Source: Tubiluchus corallicola
Taxonomy: Eukaryota > Animalia > Priapulida
Direction: 5' to 3'
Length of the DNA: 64,000 bases
Assembly (NCBI GenBank): GCA_030141605.1
Contig: JAQGDQ010000261.1
Coordinates: 255,724-319,723 of the forward strand
In this document: positions 13,383 through 27,913 of the stretch, piece after piece
How positions within the stretch are numbered: position 1 is the stretch's first letter
Layout of the letters: the number at the start of each line of letters is the position of its first letter
Notes under the pieces: generated by a model
What the model was told of the DNA's origin: nothing
Databases searched by the model: none
The model's input: the letters and a program-made list of their open reading frames with translations, nothing else
Program-made: the position numbers and the translations under genes

Positions 13383-13928
13383 AGGAAACATGTTATTTTT
13401 TCAAAAATGACTTACGTGAAAGAATTATTACGTCACTAACGCAATTTCGCATTCACACCACTAGTTCTTCGCGGTTACATGCATTTGCCATTCGCTAGTT
13501 AGACGGGCACTACAGCCTGCATTTCGGAAATGCATTGCACAAAAGCAGGTGCTGCACCTCTCAGTTCTGATTTGTTAGTTTGTGATGAGTTACACACGTC
13601 GACACATCGTATGAGCACAGCGGTAAATTTGAAATTTTAATTTCTATCTTGCCCAGCTTTAGTGCAACACACTGAATATCTTACAGTAGCACTGTACTTC
13701 AATTTTCACTTTCGCAAACACGTGCAACACGCTCATGGAATATCTCTGTTGTTGAAAATTATGTTAGTTTGTGATGTCATCAATAGTTAGGCTCGACACC
13801 TGTTAATTAAGTTTTTAATCTATTATTTCATTATCAAAAACGCTTTTGCAATATTAATCGTGTTAAAATGTATACTTTTAATCAGACTTTAAAATGGAGT
13901 AGTACATGAAAAATCATCCTGTCTTCCT
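13383..13928. mobile_element. Possible second TTAA-type MITE family
   Basis: aggaaaacatg ... cctgtcttcct|ttaa ends; internal 13460-13700 has an inverted homologue at about 16470-16690. Confidence 0.5.
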
Positions 13929-16900
13929 TTAATGACAGCACAACTGTCACAAACTAACTGCACTGTTTTTTCTTTTCAATTCTACAAATGCAGCTTCACA
14001 CACAAAAAAAAACCTTTGCAACAATCAAGCATTATGGAAACTGAGGAAAGCGTGTCTTAACAGAAAAAACACCTTGACTGATTAAACATAAGATGTTTGC
14101 ATAGAAGCCAGACAGTTGATTGATTTCCCATTTCCACAGGTGATCAAGTCAACTGTTCATACCTGACAAAAACTCATCAAACTCGTTAAACCACAGAAAT
14201 GCAGAAGTCTTAAAAAAAGCTAAAAACATTGGTTTTTAAATTTCGTATCAGTTCCATGAGGTCTCATTGCACACAGGGCTTGTAACAGCAGTAACGCTGC
14301 ATAAAACTTGTAAATTTTAACAGTAAGTCTTTGAGTAAAAATTAAAATAAGTTTAGATAACATTGAGGAAAGTTTGAAAACACAACCAGAACATTCGTAG
14401 CGCATAAGTCACTAACTAATCAAAAGTTTAAATTACTTTATATTCTTAATAAGACCAATAATGTTTCTTCGTGAATCAGTGGTGCACAGTGGGATAGTGT
14501 TACAGTGACGTTTTACTAACTACTGGAAAATGTTAAACTGCAAAGAGCGTTCTCTTCTAGTTACATAATTCTTTCAAGCAGCTAACCGCAATGCAAAGTA
14601 ATATCATTTGTAAGGAAAGTTTTTTTGGGACATGTTAAAAATTTTCCTTTCTTCCCGGTTAAAGAATGACGTCACATTTCTTCACAGTATCAATTTACAC
14701 TAAAAATTTGACAACTATATGTAAAAATTACAACAAACTTTGAATTTATGATCATCAAGAATTACTTGTTAACAGCAAGCTCACTTTTTTGCTCTAAATA
14801 TAATGAATAGATCATTCGTGATAAACTAATTAATTCATAACTATATTTATCCAGTTATACAAAACCAAATTTCTATCATCTTGAGTCACTATAAGCAGTG
14901 AAATCAGTAAATGTTTCATTCTCACGTTTTTCAAAAGTCAAAACGCATTCAAATGATGTACAATAAAGCAGCCATAAATAGGTAACAGTTTTAGGGGATA
15001 ACATAAATGCGTGTAAAAGCCCAGATGAAGCCAAGCCGAGATGAATCCAGGTTGGAATGAAGCCAGCACATGCAAAGAATTTTAGCTTTTATTCTCTTTT
15101 GTTGCTAAACTGTAAAAGCGGGTCGTAAAGATCATGAAGCCACATCCGTTTATAACATTTACAGAGCAAAAATAAATTTCATACTGTACGAGGAAAATAT
15201 ACGCCATTAAGAAGAGACATCTTTCCGTAATTATTCCCCCATTAACCACGTTTCATGTCAAACTTGTTCACTCTGCTAGTCATTCACTCATTCACTCGAT
15301 TCAAACATTTGCAACAATTGGGATAGTGCTTGGGTGTGGTGCAGACATACGCGGTGCAGATAATCAATCTACCTTACCCAGGCCCGGCTCTAAACATGTT
15401 GACACCCTAGGTAGCTATTTTTAACACCCGATCCTTACCCCCTTCCCCTTCGGTCCCCACCCCACCACAAAATTGAATTTTTGTTGTATATAATAAAGTA
15501 TAATGTTATTAGCTTGAAAATAATATAGTGCTCTTTGGAGACTTCCGGTGGTCGTAATCGTAAAGACGACAAACTGCCCATTAAATCTCAAAAAACTTTC
15601 ATTTTTCCAGAACCTTCTATCCTTCAGGGGCTCCGTCAGCCATAAGGCAGAGATAAACAACGATAAAAATTATAATGTATAGATAAAATTATGTGTAAAG
15701 TGTAAGTATACAATGACATTAATGTGCTGATTTAAACTTGTGTTGCCCCCTATTTTCTGTTATAAACTGGTTTTTTTAAACAGGTCATGTGACCAGGCTT
15801 TTACCTGTACACTTACCTGTACATTGGAGTAACTCAGGCATTCACACACTGCAGTGACAGATTGTTTAGCGTCAGTCATTGATATGTTGTTATAATTTCA
15901 TAATTACACTTACAGAAGATCACCATGTAAGTTGATTTCTTAATTTCTTAAATCTTGAACTTTTGTTTATTAAAAAGACTAGAGATTAGATTCTATAATT
16001 TACCAAAAAGTTTGTTAAAGTCTGTTAGATCAATTTGGTTTAGATTTCGCCGTAAAATTAAGCAAAATTATATAAAATTATCTTATTTGTTTTCAGATTA
16101 AACGATACAAGCTACACAATTATGTTGTTGGAGTTTTTTTTTATAAGAAGGTAGCACAATTAAAATAAGGAATAAGGAAACTTAGACTTTATATTTAATT
16201 TTACCTGTAATTTTTACAATTTTTATTATTGTGTTTCTACCTTATAGCTGATGAAGTCCATGAAAGACGAAAGATTCTGCAAAAAACAAAAACTTTGACG
16301 CTTAATGGACACTTTGTCTTCTTTACAAGTGTAATGTTATCTGTATGTTGGGCTTACGCATGTATTACAGACTTAATAATGTACTAATTAATGTACTAAT
16401 TAATTAAGTGTGCTTAATTGTCACGTATTTATATTGCTTATAAAGTTGATATCCTATTCACGTATAAGTACAATGCTACAGTAAGAAATTCAGTGTGTTG
16501 TGCTAAAGCGTTGCAAGTTTTAAGATAAAAATTCAAATTCCAAATTTACCACTGTGCCAATTCGTCACAAACGATCACGTCAGAACTGAGAGGTACAGCA
16601 CCTGTTCTTTGTACAAAGCGTTTCCGAGATGCAGGCACTAGTGCCGGTAAAACTAGCGAATGGCGAAATGCATGTAACAGCGGAGAACTATAATCCTAAT
16701 TATAGAGTTGCCCTGATTTTACCAATCTTGTATCAATATTCGGGGGCAAAATGGTAAACAATATTATTATCGATATTTACACACAGAATGCCTGAAAATT
16801 TTATAGACAAAAGCATAAAAGTCATCAAGCTCTTGCGACTACGAACAAGACATTAATAGACAAAATTAGTTCTTAAATGTGCCACCAGGACTTGCACAAA

Positions 16901-18097
16901 ACTCTTAGAAATTGAAGGCAGACAGACTTACAATGAGCTTTGCAAAAATTAAGCCAAATTTCCATTATAGATCTCATATCGAGAACAGGGGCAATATAGC
17001 ATATCTTGAGTTATAGTGTTTTTTACCCTATTTGCATGGATCTGCCCTTCCAAACTGGTTCTTAAATGTAAATTTAATGTTAAATTATTTGCATCGTAGT
17101 CAATTACCCATGTAATTGTCATTCAAGTCTATAGTATAGCTGGCATCGTGTCCATGTCATTAGCTGAATTAGGCTTCTTTCATAGATCTATATATATAGT
17201 AATTTATCTGTGCCAAAAGCCTAGCTAGCCAGCAGTCACATGGCCCTGACAATAACTATGTTGTTCCTTTGCTCATTATCAAGGATGACCATGGACACAG
17301 TATAATAGGTATGTATAAAGTCTTTCTGTGGTAGTTTTAACGTATACATTTAATGTAATCGTGTCGTAATTTAGTCATATTGTAATTTCTTTTCTCTTTA
17401 CTAAAACATGAGTCTTATAATAGACTAGTTAACCTTTATTACTAAACATCTACTAATTACTCTTGTTTCATCATCATTGTAAAAATGTAATATTCATCAA
17501 TTATTATGCACATATTTTAATTACTTGTTCTTATTATCCATATAAAAGTAAAAGTATATACATTGCTACAAATTAAACTCAATTCAATATTTGTTTGCAT
17601 CGAAAATGCAGAAGTTATTGAATTCAGGGCATTCAGTTGCACACAAGTTTTGCTCTCCCGCCTATTTTTACAAAAATTCAAACTTTTTATGTAAAGTTAA
17701 AAATCAATATATCAGCGAAATTGTCAAAATCTGATATAAAAATCGAACAAAAATCACCCATTCATTATAATAAAATTAAACATTTTCGACAGCTCGTCTA
17801 AGTAAGAATTTCTTCTTTGTTCTGCAATTCACTTAACTCATAGGGATGCTGCGTAATCTAATCGCCTCATTAGCGCAGTTTCCTAAACACATGGAAATAA
17901 GAGTAATTTTACAGCCTCGTAACACACCTCACCATTCTGTTTTTGTGTAATTTACACTAATTTCATCGTAAATTTTACGATTTTTCCTGACAAAACAAAT
18001 CCATAAAGTGCAGCTGCATGGGTTTGTTATAAAGTTAGTAACATTATATATGCTTCAGTAAGTGCTCTTCACAGATTAAAATTGATCATCGAATAAC

Positions 18098-18730
18098 ACA
18101 GTTATGTGGCACCACCTACAGGAAACCAAAGCAACTAAAGCAAATACAAAGTCAGTGGTACGAACAAAAACATTCGAGACTAAAGCTGCTGGTTTGAAAG
18201 GGTAGATGTTTGTTAAAATTAACCTTGTAAGGAGACAAGGTCAGCGGTTATGTGGCACCACCTGCAGGAAATCAAAGCAACTAAAGCAAACACAAAGTCA
18301 GTGGTACAAACAAAAACATTCGAGACGAAAGCTGCTGGTTTGAAAGGGTAGATGTTTGTTAAAATTAACCTTGTAAGGAGACAAGGTCAGCAGTTATGTG
18401 GCACCACCTACAGGAAACCAAAGCAACTAAAGCAAATACGAGATCAGCGGTTATGTGGCACCACCTACAGGAAACCAAAGCAACTAAAGCAAATACAAGT
18501 CAGTGGTATGAACAAAAACATTCGAGATTAAAACTGCTGGTTTGAAGGGGTAGATGTTTGTTAAAATAACATTGTAAAGAGAATTTTGAAAATGTTTGCG
18601 AAACACAAGGAGCTAGTCATCTAATAACGTACTTAAGTCCTAAGATAGTTTAAAATTGAGCCTACTTAAGTCCTAAGATAGTTTAAAATTGAGCCTACTT
18701 AAGTCCTAAGATAGTTTAAAATTGAGCCTA
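18098..18730. repeat. Local ~145-bp duplications followed by 3 copies of a 33-bp repeat
   Basis: ttatgtggcaccacct recurs four times; acttaagtcctaagatagtttaaaattgagcct occurs three times from 18631. Confidence 0.88.
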
Positions 18731-19047
18731 TCGATTACCATAGCTAATGTTTAATTAAAGATCATATTTCAGCATAAAGTACCAATTTTAAGAAGCCGAA
18801 GAATTATAACCTCTGTTAAAAATGAAAACACTGATTTGATTTTTACAAAAAAGCGACAGATAAAAAAGTTTCACACTCTTTAAACATTAGTAAAGCGAAA
18901 TTTAGTATAGCAAACATTTTAAATCTTTTAAACAAAGACGCAACAAGCTTAGCAGCAAAACAAAAGAACAGTCAATTTTCAACCATTGCTGACAGAACCA
19001 AAACCAATGTTTCCACAGTTTCTTTTGTAACGCAGAATGGCGTAATT

Positions 19048-19527
19048 CAGGGGTGTGCAAATTATCTGACTAGCCTGGCCACATTAAACTATCCCACAAA
19101 TCCTGTGGGCCACAGGCAGTTTGATCAAGAAACCAAGTACAGAAAGGCCTAATAACGATTTTTTGCATCCGACCTGTGTACATCATTACTACTACACTAT
19201 TTTAGAAGTTATTAAAATTGATATTACAAACCATATATTTCTACTTTCAGGACAGATAGTGGTAATTTCATTACAATGCATATTAGTAATGTGTATCACA
19301 CAGTCTGTGTAGTACAGTGACATTAACCTACAACCGTCTTGTAAGGGTTAATGGCATCAGATCTAGTAGAAAAAACTACCCGCACTATCTTTGGTATCTT
19401 TGGGATCGTGGCACGGACTTCAGCTGGATACACTCAATTAATCGCCCGGGCCGCACTTTCATTAGGTTGACAAATCTCTTCGCGGGCCACACAAATTCTC
19501 TCGGCGGGCCGCAATTTGCACACCCTG
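19048..19527. mobile_element. hAT (Charlie-like) MITE, 480 bp
   Basis: TIR CAGGGGTGTGCAAATT / AATTTGCACACCCTG, subterminal GCGGGCC motifs, 8-bp TSD gcgtaatt / gcataagt. Confidence 0.8.
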
Positions 19528-20024
19528 GCATAAGTTTATTGTTTAAAGGAAAGGGCAACCGTTCTAGGCTTTGCTAGTTAGCTACACTCTATTTTAGCTT
19601 TAGCTGTTTTCCTAAGATTACATCGTTTTACGCAGACGCTACTGATGCGTTATCCTCTTTTTGCTCGCAGTTTCTTTACAACTGCTCATAGAATCACCCT
19701 TCAACTGATGAAAAATTTCTTACAGTGGCATTTATCTGATTATCGCGGATAAACGTATAAGAATCGAAGTCTTCAGGGCGGAATACAGGAAACGAAATGT
19801 AAAAAAGCTGGCGAGTCATAAAGAGAACAATGGTGCCATATGTTCAATTTCAAATTCAATCAGAAGAAGCTGAGGATAGGTAATTAACTGAACTGGATTA
19901 GTGCACTATATACATATACAAAGCCCTGTACAAGTACCATTATATATTATTATATCATCATGCAAGAAAAATTCAATTTTGGGACAGTGGGGTTGACAGT
20001 TTAGGAAGGGGCGCTAAAAACACA

Positions 20025-23000
20025 TTTGCCTAGGGCGTCAAACTATCTAGAGCTGGCTTTGAATGTCCCTATTTCAGAACTGAACTCACGTCTACATAAA
20101 CAGTTTGCCTAGCGCATCAAACTATCTAGAGCTGGCTTTGAATGTCCCTATTTCAGAACTGAACTCACGTCTGCATAAACAGTATGCCTAGCGCATCAAA
20201 CTATCTAGAGCTGGCTTTGAATGTCCCTATTTCAGAACTGAACTCATGTCTGCATAAACAGTTTGCCTAGTGCATGAAACTATCTAGAGCTGGCTTTGAA
20301 TGTCCCTATTTCAGGACTGAACTCACGTCTGCATAAACAGTTTGCCTAGAGCATCAAACTATCTAGAGCCGGCTTTGAATGTCCCTATTTCAGGACTGAA
20401 CTCACGTCTGCATAAACAGTTTGCCTAGGGCGTCAAACTATCTAGAGCTGGCTTTGAATGTCCATATTTCAGAACTGAACTCACGTCTGCATAAACAGTT
20501 TGCCTAGCGCATCAAACTATCTAGAGCAGGCTTTGAATGTCCCTATTTCAGGACTGAACTCACGTCTGCATAAACAGTTTGCCTAGAGCATCAAACTATC
20601 TAGAGCAGGCTTTGAATGTCCCTATTTCAGGACTGAACTCACGTCTGCATAAACAGTTTGCCTAGCGCATCAAACTATCTAGAGCTGGCTTTGAATGTCC
20701 ATATTTCAGAACTGAACTCACGTCTGCATAAACAGTTTGCCTAGCGCATCAAACTATCTAGAGCTGGCTTTGAATGTCCATATTTCAGAACTGAACTCAC
20801 GTCTGCATAAACAGTTTGCCTAGCGCATCAAACTATCTAGAGCAGGCTTTGAATGTCCCTATTTCAGGACTGAACTCACGTCTGCATAAACAGATTGCCT
20901 AGAGCATCAAACTATCTAGAGCTGGCTTTGAATGTCCCTATTTCAGGACTGAACTCACGTCTGCATAAACAGTTTGCCTAGTGCATCAAACTATCTAGAG
21001 CTGGCTTTGAATGTCCCTATTTCAGAACTGAACTCACGTCTGCATAAACAGATTGCCTAGAGCATCAAACTATCTAGAGCTGGCTTTGAATGTCCATATT
21101 TCAGAACTGAACTCACGTCTGCATAAACAGTTTGCCTAGGGCGTCAAACTATCTAGAGCTGGCTTTGAATGTCCATATTTCAGGACTGAACTCACGTCTG
21201 CATAAACAGTTTGCCTAGTGCATGAAACTATCTAGAGCTGGCTTTGAATGTCCATATTTCAGGACTGAACTCACGTCTGCATAAACAGTTTGCCTAGTGC
21301 ATCAAACTATCTAGAGCTGGCTTTGAATGTCCATATTTCAGAACTGAACTCACGTCTGCATAAACAGTTTGCCTAGTGCATCAAACTATCTAGAGCTGGC
21401 TTTGAATGTCCCTATTTCAGGACTGAACTCATGTCTGCATAAACAGTTTGCCTAGCGCATCAAACTATCTAGAGCTGGCTTTGAATGTCCCTATTTCAGG
21501 ACTGAACTCATGTCTGCATAAACAGTTTGCCTAGAGCATCAAACTATCTAGAGCTGGCTTTGAATGTCCATATTTCAGGACTGAACTCATATCTGCATAA
21601 ACAGTTTGCCTAGGGCATCAAACTATCTAGAGCCGGCTTTGAATGTCCATATCTCAGGACTGAACTCACGTCTGCATAAACAGTTTGCCTAGCGCATCAA
21701 ACTATCTAGAGCTGGCTTTGAATGTCCCTATTTCAGGACTGAACTCACGTCTGCATAAACAGTTTGCCTAGTGCATCAAACTATCTAGAGCTGGCTTTGA
21801 ATGTCCATATCTCAGGACTGAACTCATATCTGCATAAACAGTTTGCCTAGGGCGTCAAACTATCTAGAGCCGGCTTTGAATGTCCATATCTCAGGACTGA
21901 ACTCACGTCTGCATAAACAGTTTGCCTAGGGCGTCAAACTATCTAGAGCTGGCTTTGAATGTCCCTATTTCAGGACTGAACTCATGTCTGCATAAACAGT
22001 TTGCCTAGAGCATCAAACTATCTAGAGCTGGCTTTGAATGTCCATATTTCAGAACTGAACTCACGTCTGCATAAACAGTATGCCTAGCGCATCAAACTAT
22101 CTAGAGCCGGCTTTGAATGTCCATATTTCAGAACTGAACTCACGTCTGCATAAACAGTATGCCTAGCGCATCAAACTATCTAGAGCAGGCTTTGAATGTC
22201 CCTATTTCAGGACTGAACTCACGTCTGCATAAACAGTTTGCCTAGGGCGTCAAACTATCTAGAGCTGGCTTTGAATGTCCATATTTCAGAACTGAACTCA
22301 CGTCTGCATAAACAGTTTGCCTAGGGCGTCAAACTATCTAGAGCTGGCTTTGAATGTCCATATTTCAGGACTGAACTCACGTCTGCATAAACAGTTTGCC
22401 TAGGGCATCAAACTATCTAGAGCCGGCTTTGAATGTCCATATTTCAGAACTGAACTCACGTCTGCATAAACAGTTTGCCTAGCGCATCAAACTATCTAGA
22501 GCTGGCTTTGAATGTCCCTATTTGAGGACTGAACTCACGTCTGCATAAACAGTTTGCCTAGTGCATCAAACTATCTAGAGCTGGCTTTGAATGTCCCTAT
22601 TTCAGAACTGAACTCACGTCTGCATAAACAGTATGCCTAGTGCATCAAACTATCTAGAGCTGGCTTTGAATGTCCATATTTCAGGACTGAACTCACGTCT
22701 GCATAAACAGTTTGCCTAGCGCATCAAACTATCTAGAGCTGGCTTTGAATGTCCATATTTCAGAACTGAACTCATGTCTGCATAAACAGTTTGCCTAGCG
22801 CATCAAACTATCTAGAGCTGGCTTTGAATGTCCCTATTTCAGGACTGAACTCACGTCTGCATAAACAGTTTGCCTAGTGCATCAAACTATCTAGAGCCGG
22901 CTTTGAATGTCCATATTTCAGAACTGAACTCATGTCTGCATAAACAGTTTGCCTAGCGCATCAAACTATCTAGAGCTGGCTTTGAATGTCCCTATTTCAG

Positions 23001-23250
23001 GACTGAACTCACGTCTGCATAAACAGTTTGCCTAGTGCATGAAACTATCTAGAGCTGGCTTTGAATGTCCATATTTCAGAACTGAACTCACGTCTGCATA
23101 AACAGTTTGCCTAGGGCATCAAACTATCTAGAGCTGGCTTTGAATGTCCATATCTCAGGACTGAACTCACGTCTGCATAAACAGTTTGCCTAGCGCATCA
23201 AACTATCTAGAGCTGGCTTTGAATGTCCCTATTTCAGGACTGAACTCACA
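20025..23250. repeat. 79-bp satellite, about 41 copies
   Basis: tttgcctagcgcatcaaactatctagagctggctttgaatgtccctatttcaggactgaactcacgtctgcataaacag. Confidence 0.98.
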
Positions 23251-24158
23251 TCTGGTCTGCATCAACAAACTGAACATTCAAATTATCCATAAACTGCTTG
23301 TTTTTTTAGTTACTAGTAAAATTACAAATAAACAATTAAACTTACAGGTTCCATTGTTGTCCACCAAGACGTTATAGAGGTTTATTGTTTTTTGTCCAAG
23401 CAACACGTTAGATCGGATCTGTTTGTAATCATAAACTTTGAAATCTATACACGAATACGGTGTTACTAACCTAAAAAGTAAACAAAGAATCAATGACGTT
23501 CTAATTGTAATGGAAATTAAATACAAAACTAATACGAATAACATTTTACAGAAAATCTACAAGTAAACATTCGACTAAATAAACAAATTGTACCCATGGC
23601 CAGCACTTTTCATTGTTAAACTTATGCTACAGTGGGAAGTATTGGCTATCAATCCATAACTAACATAAATTACCGGTTAGTCAGCCTTGCTGTGGTTGTA
23701 ATAAACTACTTACATACCTTAAGCTAGCCCTAGTCTAAAAAGGTTTCCACAGATACTTTTTCACGAAAGATTTCTTCTCTTGCCAGCTCATGCTTCTGAC
23801 CCGTTTAAAAGTTTAAAACTTACAGGTTTATACGTCAATTAGTAAGAAAATAATTAATAAAATGTCAGATTAATAAAGCTTTGGTGTGTTTTACGGAACA
23901 AAAACTGTTGAATTTCTATCACAGACATACGCGGAAACCTTTGATCGAAAAATAAGCAGCAAAGTAAAACTGACACCGCAATAAACAAAACAAAAAATCT
24001 GCGAAATGTTCAGTCATATTATTCACGTATCACAGTTTTAACTTATAAGTATAACTTTATACATGGAATTGCAGAAGCCATTTTAAACAGCAATGTTAAC
24101 CCTTTTTTTATTAATATTAAAAAGAGGATTCAAATCAAATTATGCCTGTGGAGATAAG

Positions 24159-24511
24159 TAGGTTGAGCATTGTCTGCCAGAAAGCAAATTAGAATCGAAT
24201 TGAATTCAAATCGAACCGAACTTCAGTATTTTGAATTTAAATTCATATTGAAACATTTGCGGACAAGTTTTCGAACCACTAGTAAAAATTAGTCTTTTAC
24301 AAAGATCATGCATATTACTTAATTTTTGTCTGCACTAAAAACACTAATAATTTGTTTAAAAGTTTTGCGCAGAAATCACAGCTAAATTATGCTAATTGCA
24401 CGACGTTTCAAACGTTTTAATGATAAAGAATGTATGTGATTGAAGTGCTGAATTATTCGAATGTATAGTTTTAGGTTTCAATCAAATTCGATCGTTTGAT
24501 ACTCACCCCTA
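24159..24511. mobile_element. hAT-like MITE
   Basis: Ends taggttgagca / tactcacccta-like, subterminal tcgaa motifs, 8-bp TSD gagataag / gagatgag. Confidence 0.65.
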
Positions 24512-24854
24512 GAGATGAGTTGTTTGAATTAGCAGTTAATACTCTTAAATCATCAATAAATAACACGCATAATAAACGAATTATTAAGTTAACATGCATA
24601 ATAAACAAATATAGAAATTATCACTTACACAGTAAAGTTATCGTTCCAGGTCGGAGACCAAGATTTTTTGGATACTTCTGTTTTGTGTGGGACTTGTTTA
24701 TCAACGCTGAGTTCCGTAAACAAACTTGGTTTAAAAAATGAACCTCCACTTGGAATTTTACAAGCATCCACTGTAAGTAGAAAAAAATCCACATGGTATT
24801 ACGGGTACACCAAAACATACATACAATTACTATGTAAGCATAGCAGAAACTATA

Positions 24855-25170
24855 AATAATAACGATAACGATAATAATAATGATTATGATGATATTAATA
24901 ATAATAATAGTAATCTTTATTTAATGTCGACTTGTACTAATATACGAACTATTAACAAAATCTCCAAAGAGCTTTTTGGCAAACTATAATCAACAACCTA
25001 CAACTACATAACAGAGACTATTATTACCCCACTTTTACCCTAAATACCACACGTCAGGCCGGGCAACAGCAGATACCGTTTTTTAAAATCTTTGGTGTGA
25101 CCCAGTCACTGTATCGAACTCAAGAACTCCCAGATGGAAAGCGGACGCGTTATCACTAGACTAAACTGGA
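24855..25170 (-). mobile_element. tRNA-derived SINE, possibly MetaSINE-like, with (ATT)n tail
   Basis: Minus strand: A-box-like TAGTCTAGTGA, B-box-like GAGTTCGATAC, then GGTCACACCAAAGATTTTAAAAAACGGTATCTGCTG resembling (from memory) the Meta core; microsatellite tail at 24855-24915. Confidence 0.6.
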
Positions 25171-25759
25171 GTGTTGATCATGATTTTTATATTTCTATCC
25201 AAAATTGTCTAAGCCGATCAGAAAAAAATTGTATTTTTAGCTTTTGGCCACTACTGCTTCTGCTTTGTGATTGACCCCTGTAGATGAAATCATTATGGTT
25301 GATTATGTGTCTTAGTTCAAAGGCCACTGGAAGCAAACTGCATGTGGGCCGAACTCCATTGTAGATTCATTGTAAAATGCCTTTTCACGGTTCCAACGAT
25401 TGATGATGACCGTAAAAAGGTCAACGGTTAAGTTGATCTTAAAAAAATTTAAAAAGTTTTAAAAATTACTAGGCATATCTCTTTCATATACACATACCTG
25501 TGACACTCAACTGAAAGAACTGCTTGGCTGCTTCAGCATTTGACATACTTTCTTATGTAAACTCACGAAGTCTGAAATCACACAAAAAACAAGGTAAGTT
25601 TTCAACAATTCGTGTTTCCATTGATTTACATTGAACTTCTCTGCACCTGAATGTCTTAGCATTCTATCAAATCGGCAAAATGTTTACCAGCAAATATTAA
25701 AAAAATATTGGTATACATTATATTAGGTGGTGCAAAAAAAATACACCACAGTTTAGACT

Positions 25760-26475
25760 ATAGTAAACTACATATAACTTGACCCGTTATAACTCAAATT
25801 CTTGCGTCAACTCGAACAGATCTTGCGGAACGGAATTTCGCTCTTTACAAACATCGTGCAACTCAAAATTTGGAAGTCGAATTATCGCATAACTCAAATT
25901 GAATTCCCGGTACAATTTACAAGAATCTAACTGAAATTACCTCGCTTATCTTGAACAACCTTCCAAGCGAGAAATTCTACACGAAAGGGTGCTCCACATT
26001 ACGATTTTAACTGCTAGTTTCAGCAAAAATGCTAAGATTTCTTGCATTACCTTAGCAGAATGGTTATAATTTTGGTTGCATATATTTTGGTTATAATTTT
26101 ATATTTGTACATGTATATATTCCGTACTGTTGTACTGACGTGAAAATAAATTACATTATATTACAATGATGCACACAACATGGCTTAACAAACATGGTTT
26201 AATGCAGATCATGAGATTATTACTGCAGAATTCTATCAACCATGCTACAATAGATGTGGACCAGTCATATTATTTTTGGTTATTTATAAAAATTGTTGTT
26301 TGATATTTGATTAAAGATTCAGTTTGTCATTTTCACAGGCTGTAGTGTTACTAGTGTATAGTCCGATGTCGATGAGTGACTCAATCTTGTTTTCTTATGA
26401 ACTTGTCCAACTTGTGCCCTCGTATAATTCGAACAAATTTTCTGGTCCAGAGATGCTCGAGTTATACCACGTTCA
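25760..26475. mobile_element. Degenerate Tc1/mariner (pogo/Tigger-like) MITE
   Basis: Repeated taactc(g/a)aa motifs at both ends; termini tatagtaaact...tataactt / ctcgagttatacc. Confidence 0.45.
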
Positions 26476-27399
26476 CTTAAAATTTGATTCAATGAATACT
26501 GATGATTATGATATGTGAGCTGAAATTCCAGATATAGGCTGGTAAGAGGAAAATGAGCTTTACAGTGTATTCAAATTAGTGAATTTTCTTGCCGAGTTAA
26601 GTTGCTAAGTAACTCGCAACATGCTCAAATACAGTCACAGAGTTTGCAATTCCTTGTTGGTTGTAACTCGTAAACCAGTTCACACTTGCGAGTTTGCAGC
26701 CAGAGAGAAAACTCGTGACAAAAACTTAACTAGTCTGAATGCGCCTTTACTCTAGTACAAGACAAACGAGGTAATATATTCATCTAAAACTCACTTCTTG
26801 AATTAAGAAGCTGAGCACGCGTTATTAATTTACATTTTATTCATGATAATTCATGCAGCATTTAGAATCATGAATCATTTCTTATTAAAGCCGAACATTT
26901 AACGAGCGCCATCTACAACATAAATAAAAAAGTTTTTTTTCATAAACTTCACGATAATTGCTGTAAACTGTGAACACATGTTTCTAATGTTCTACTGACT
27001 CTGTGTGCAACATAAATGATTAAAGTCAAAAGAAAAAGCACTAGCCAGCTTATGAAGTAAATACTATGGAATGTGATCACATAACCTACAACTGTGCACT
27101 GTCATTCATACGCGTACAGGAGGAAGTCTGATGGGGGGGGGGGGTAATTTCTAATTTGCGGTAGCCCATATCATTTCCAAATAAGTGCAAACAACCGGGT
27201 AAATGTATGTACAGGATATTGACTGATTAAAGTATCTAAAAAGCAAAACATTTATAGGCCAACTCAAGGGCAGATTTAAATAAAGAGAGATACTAGGCTA
27301 GTCAACTTTTGAGGCCCACTTGCAACCCCCGTGCATCGCCAAGATAAAAGCGTTTTTTAAGCAAAATTCAAGCTGAGGTTAGTGATCCCGTGTTTAACG

Positions 27400-27913
27400 C
27401 AGGGATGAGAATTTTCCGCGCCTATGCGGAATTCCGAGTTTCTGGAAGACCAGTAGTGCCGTTTTTCTAAATCGCAAAAATTCGTTGAGAAAATTTTTAC
27501 GGACCCAGTACATTATTTCGCAAGCTGACCGCTAGTTGGCAGGCCATCACTTTCTTTACATCACGTACATCAGTGTAACCACATGTATATCTCTATGTAT
27601 AAAAATATAGAATCAATTGTGCGGAGTTATTTGAGTCAATTGCAGACAGTTTTTATATACTTTTGCATAGGAACAGCCAGTACCTAGGCATTTTTGAGAC
27701 AATTAGGTATCATGTGTCCTTGATAGTTGGGTATTTTAAATCATGCATGAAACAAGGTAATTGATACTTTAAGTCTACTTAGAGGCTCTCTAATCTATTG
27801 TCACAAAATTGCAATTTGTTGCTTCACCTCCTTGAACCCCCATGGGGGCTTGTGCGGTCCCCAAACCCCCGGCCTGTTTCAGAGTGTTTTGCAATTTGTC
27901 ATTCTCATCCCTG
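27400..27913 (+). mobile_element. hAT MITE family B, 514 bp
   Basis: TIR CAGGGATGAGAAT / ATTCTCATCCCTG with perfect 8-bp TSD gtttaacg. Confidence 0.92.

Noticed and set aside
20025-23250. CRISPR-like appearance of regular arrays (also 11.6, 46.3, 50.6 and 59.3 kb)
   Set aside because: Head-to-tail monomers with no unique spacers, no cas genes, eukaryotic intron-exon context.
25085-25170. tRNA gene
   Set aside because: Only degenerate A/B boxes, no clean cloverleaf, followed by a SINE-like body and tail.
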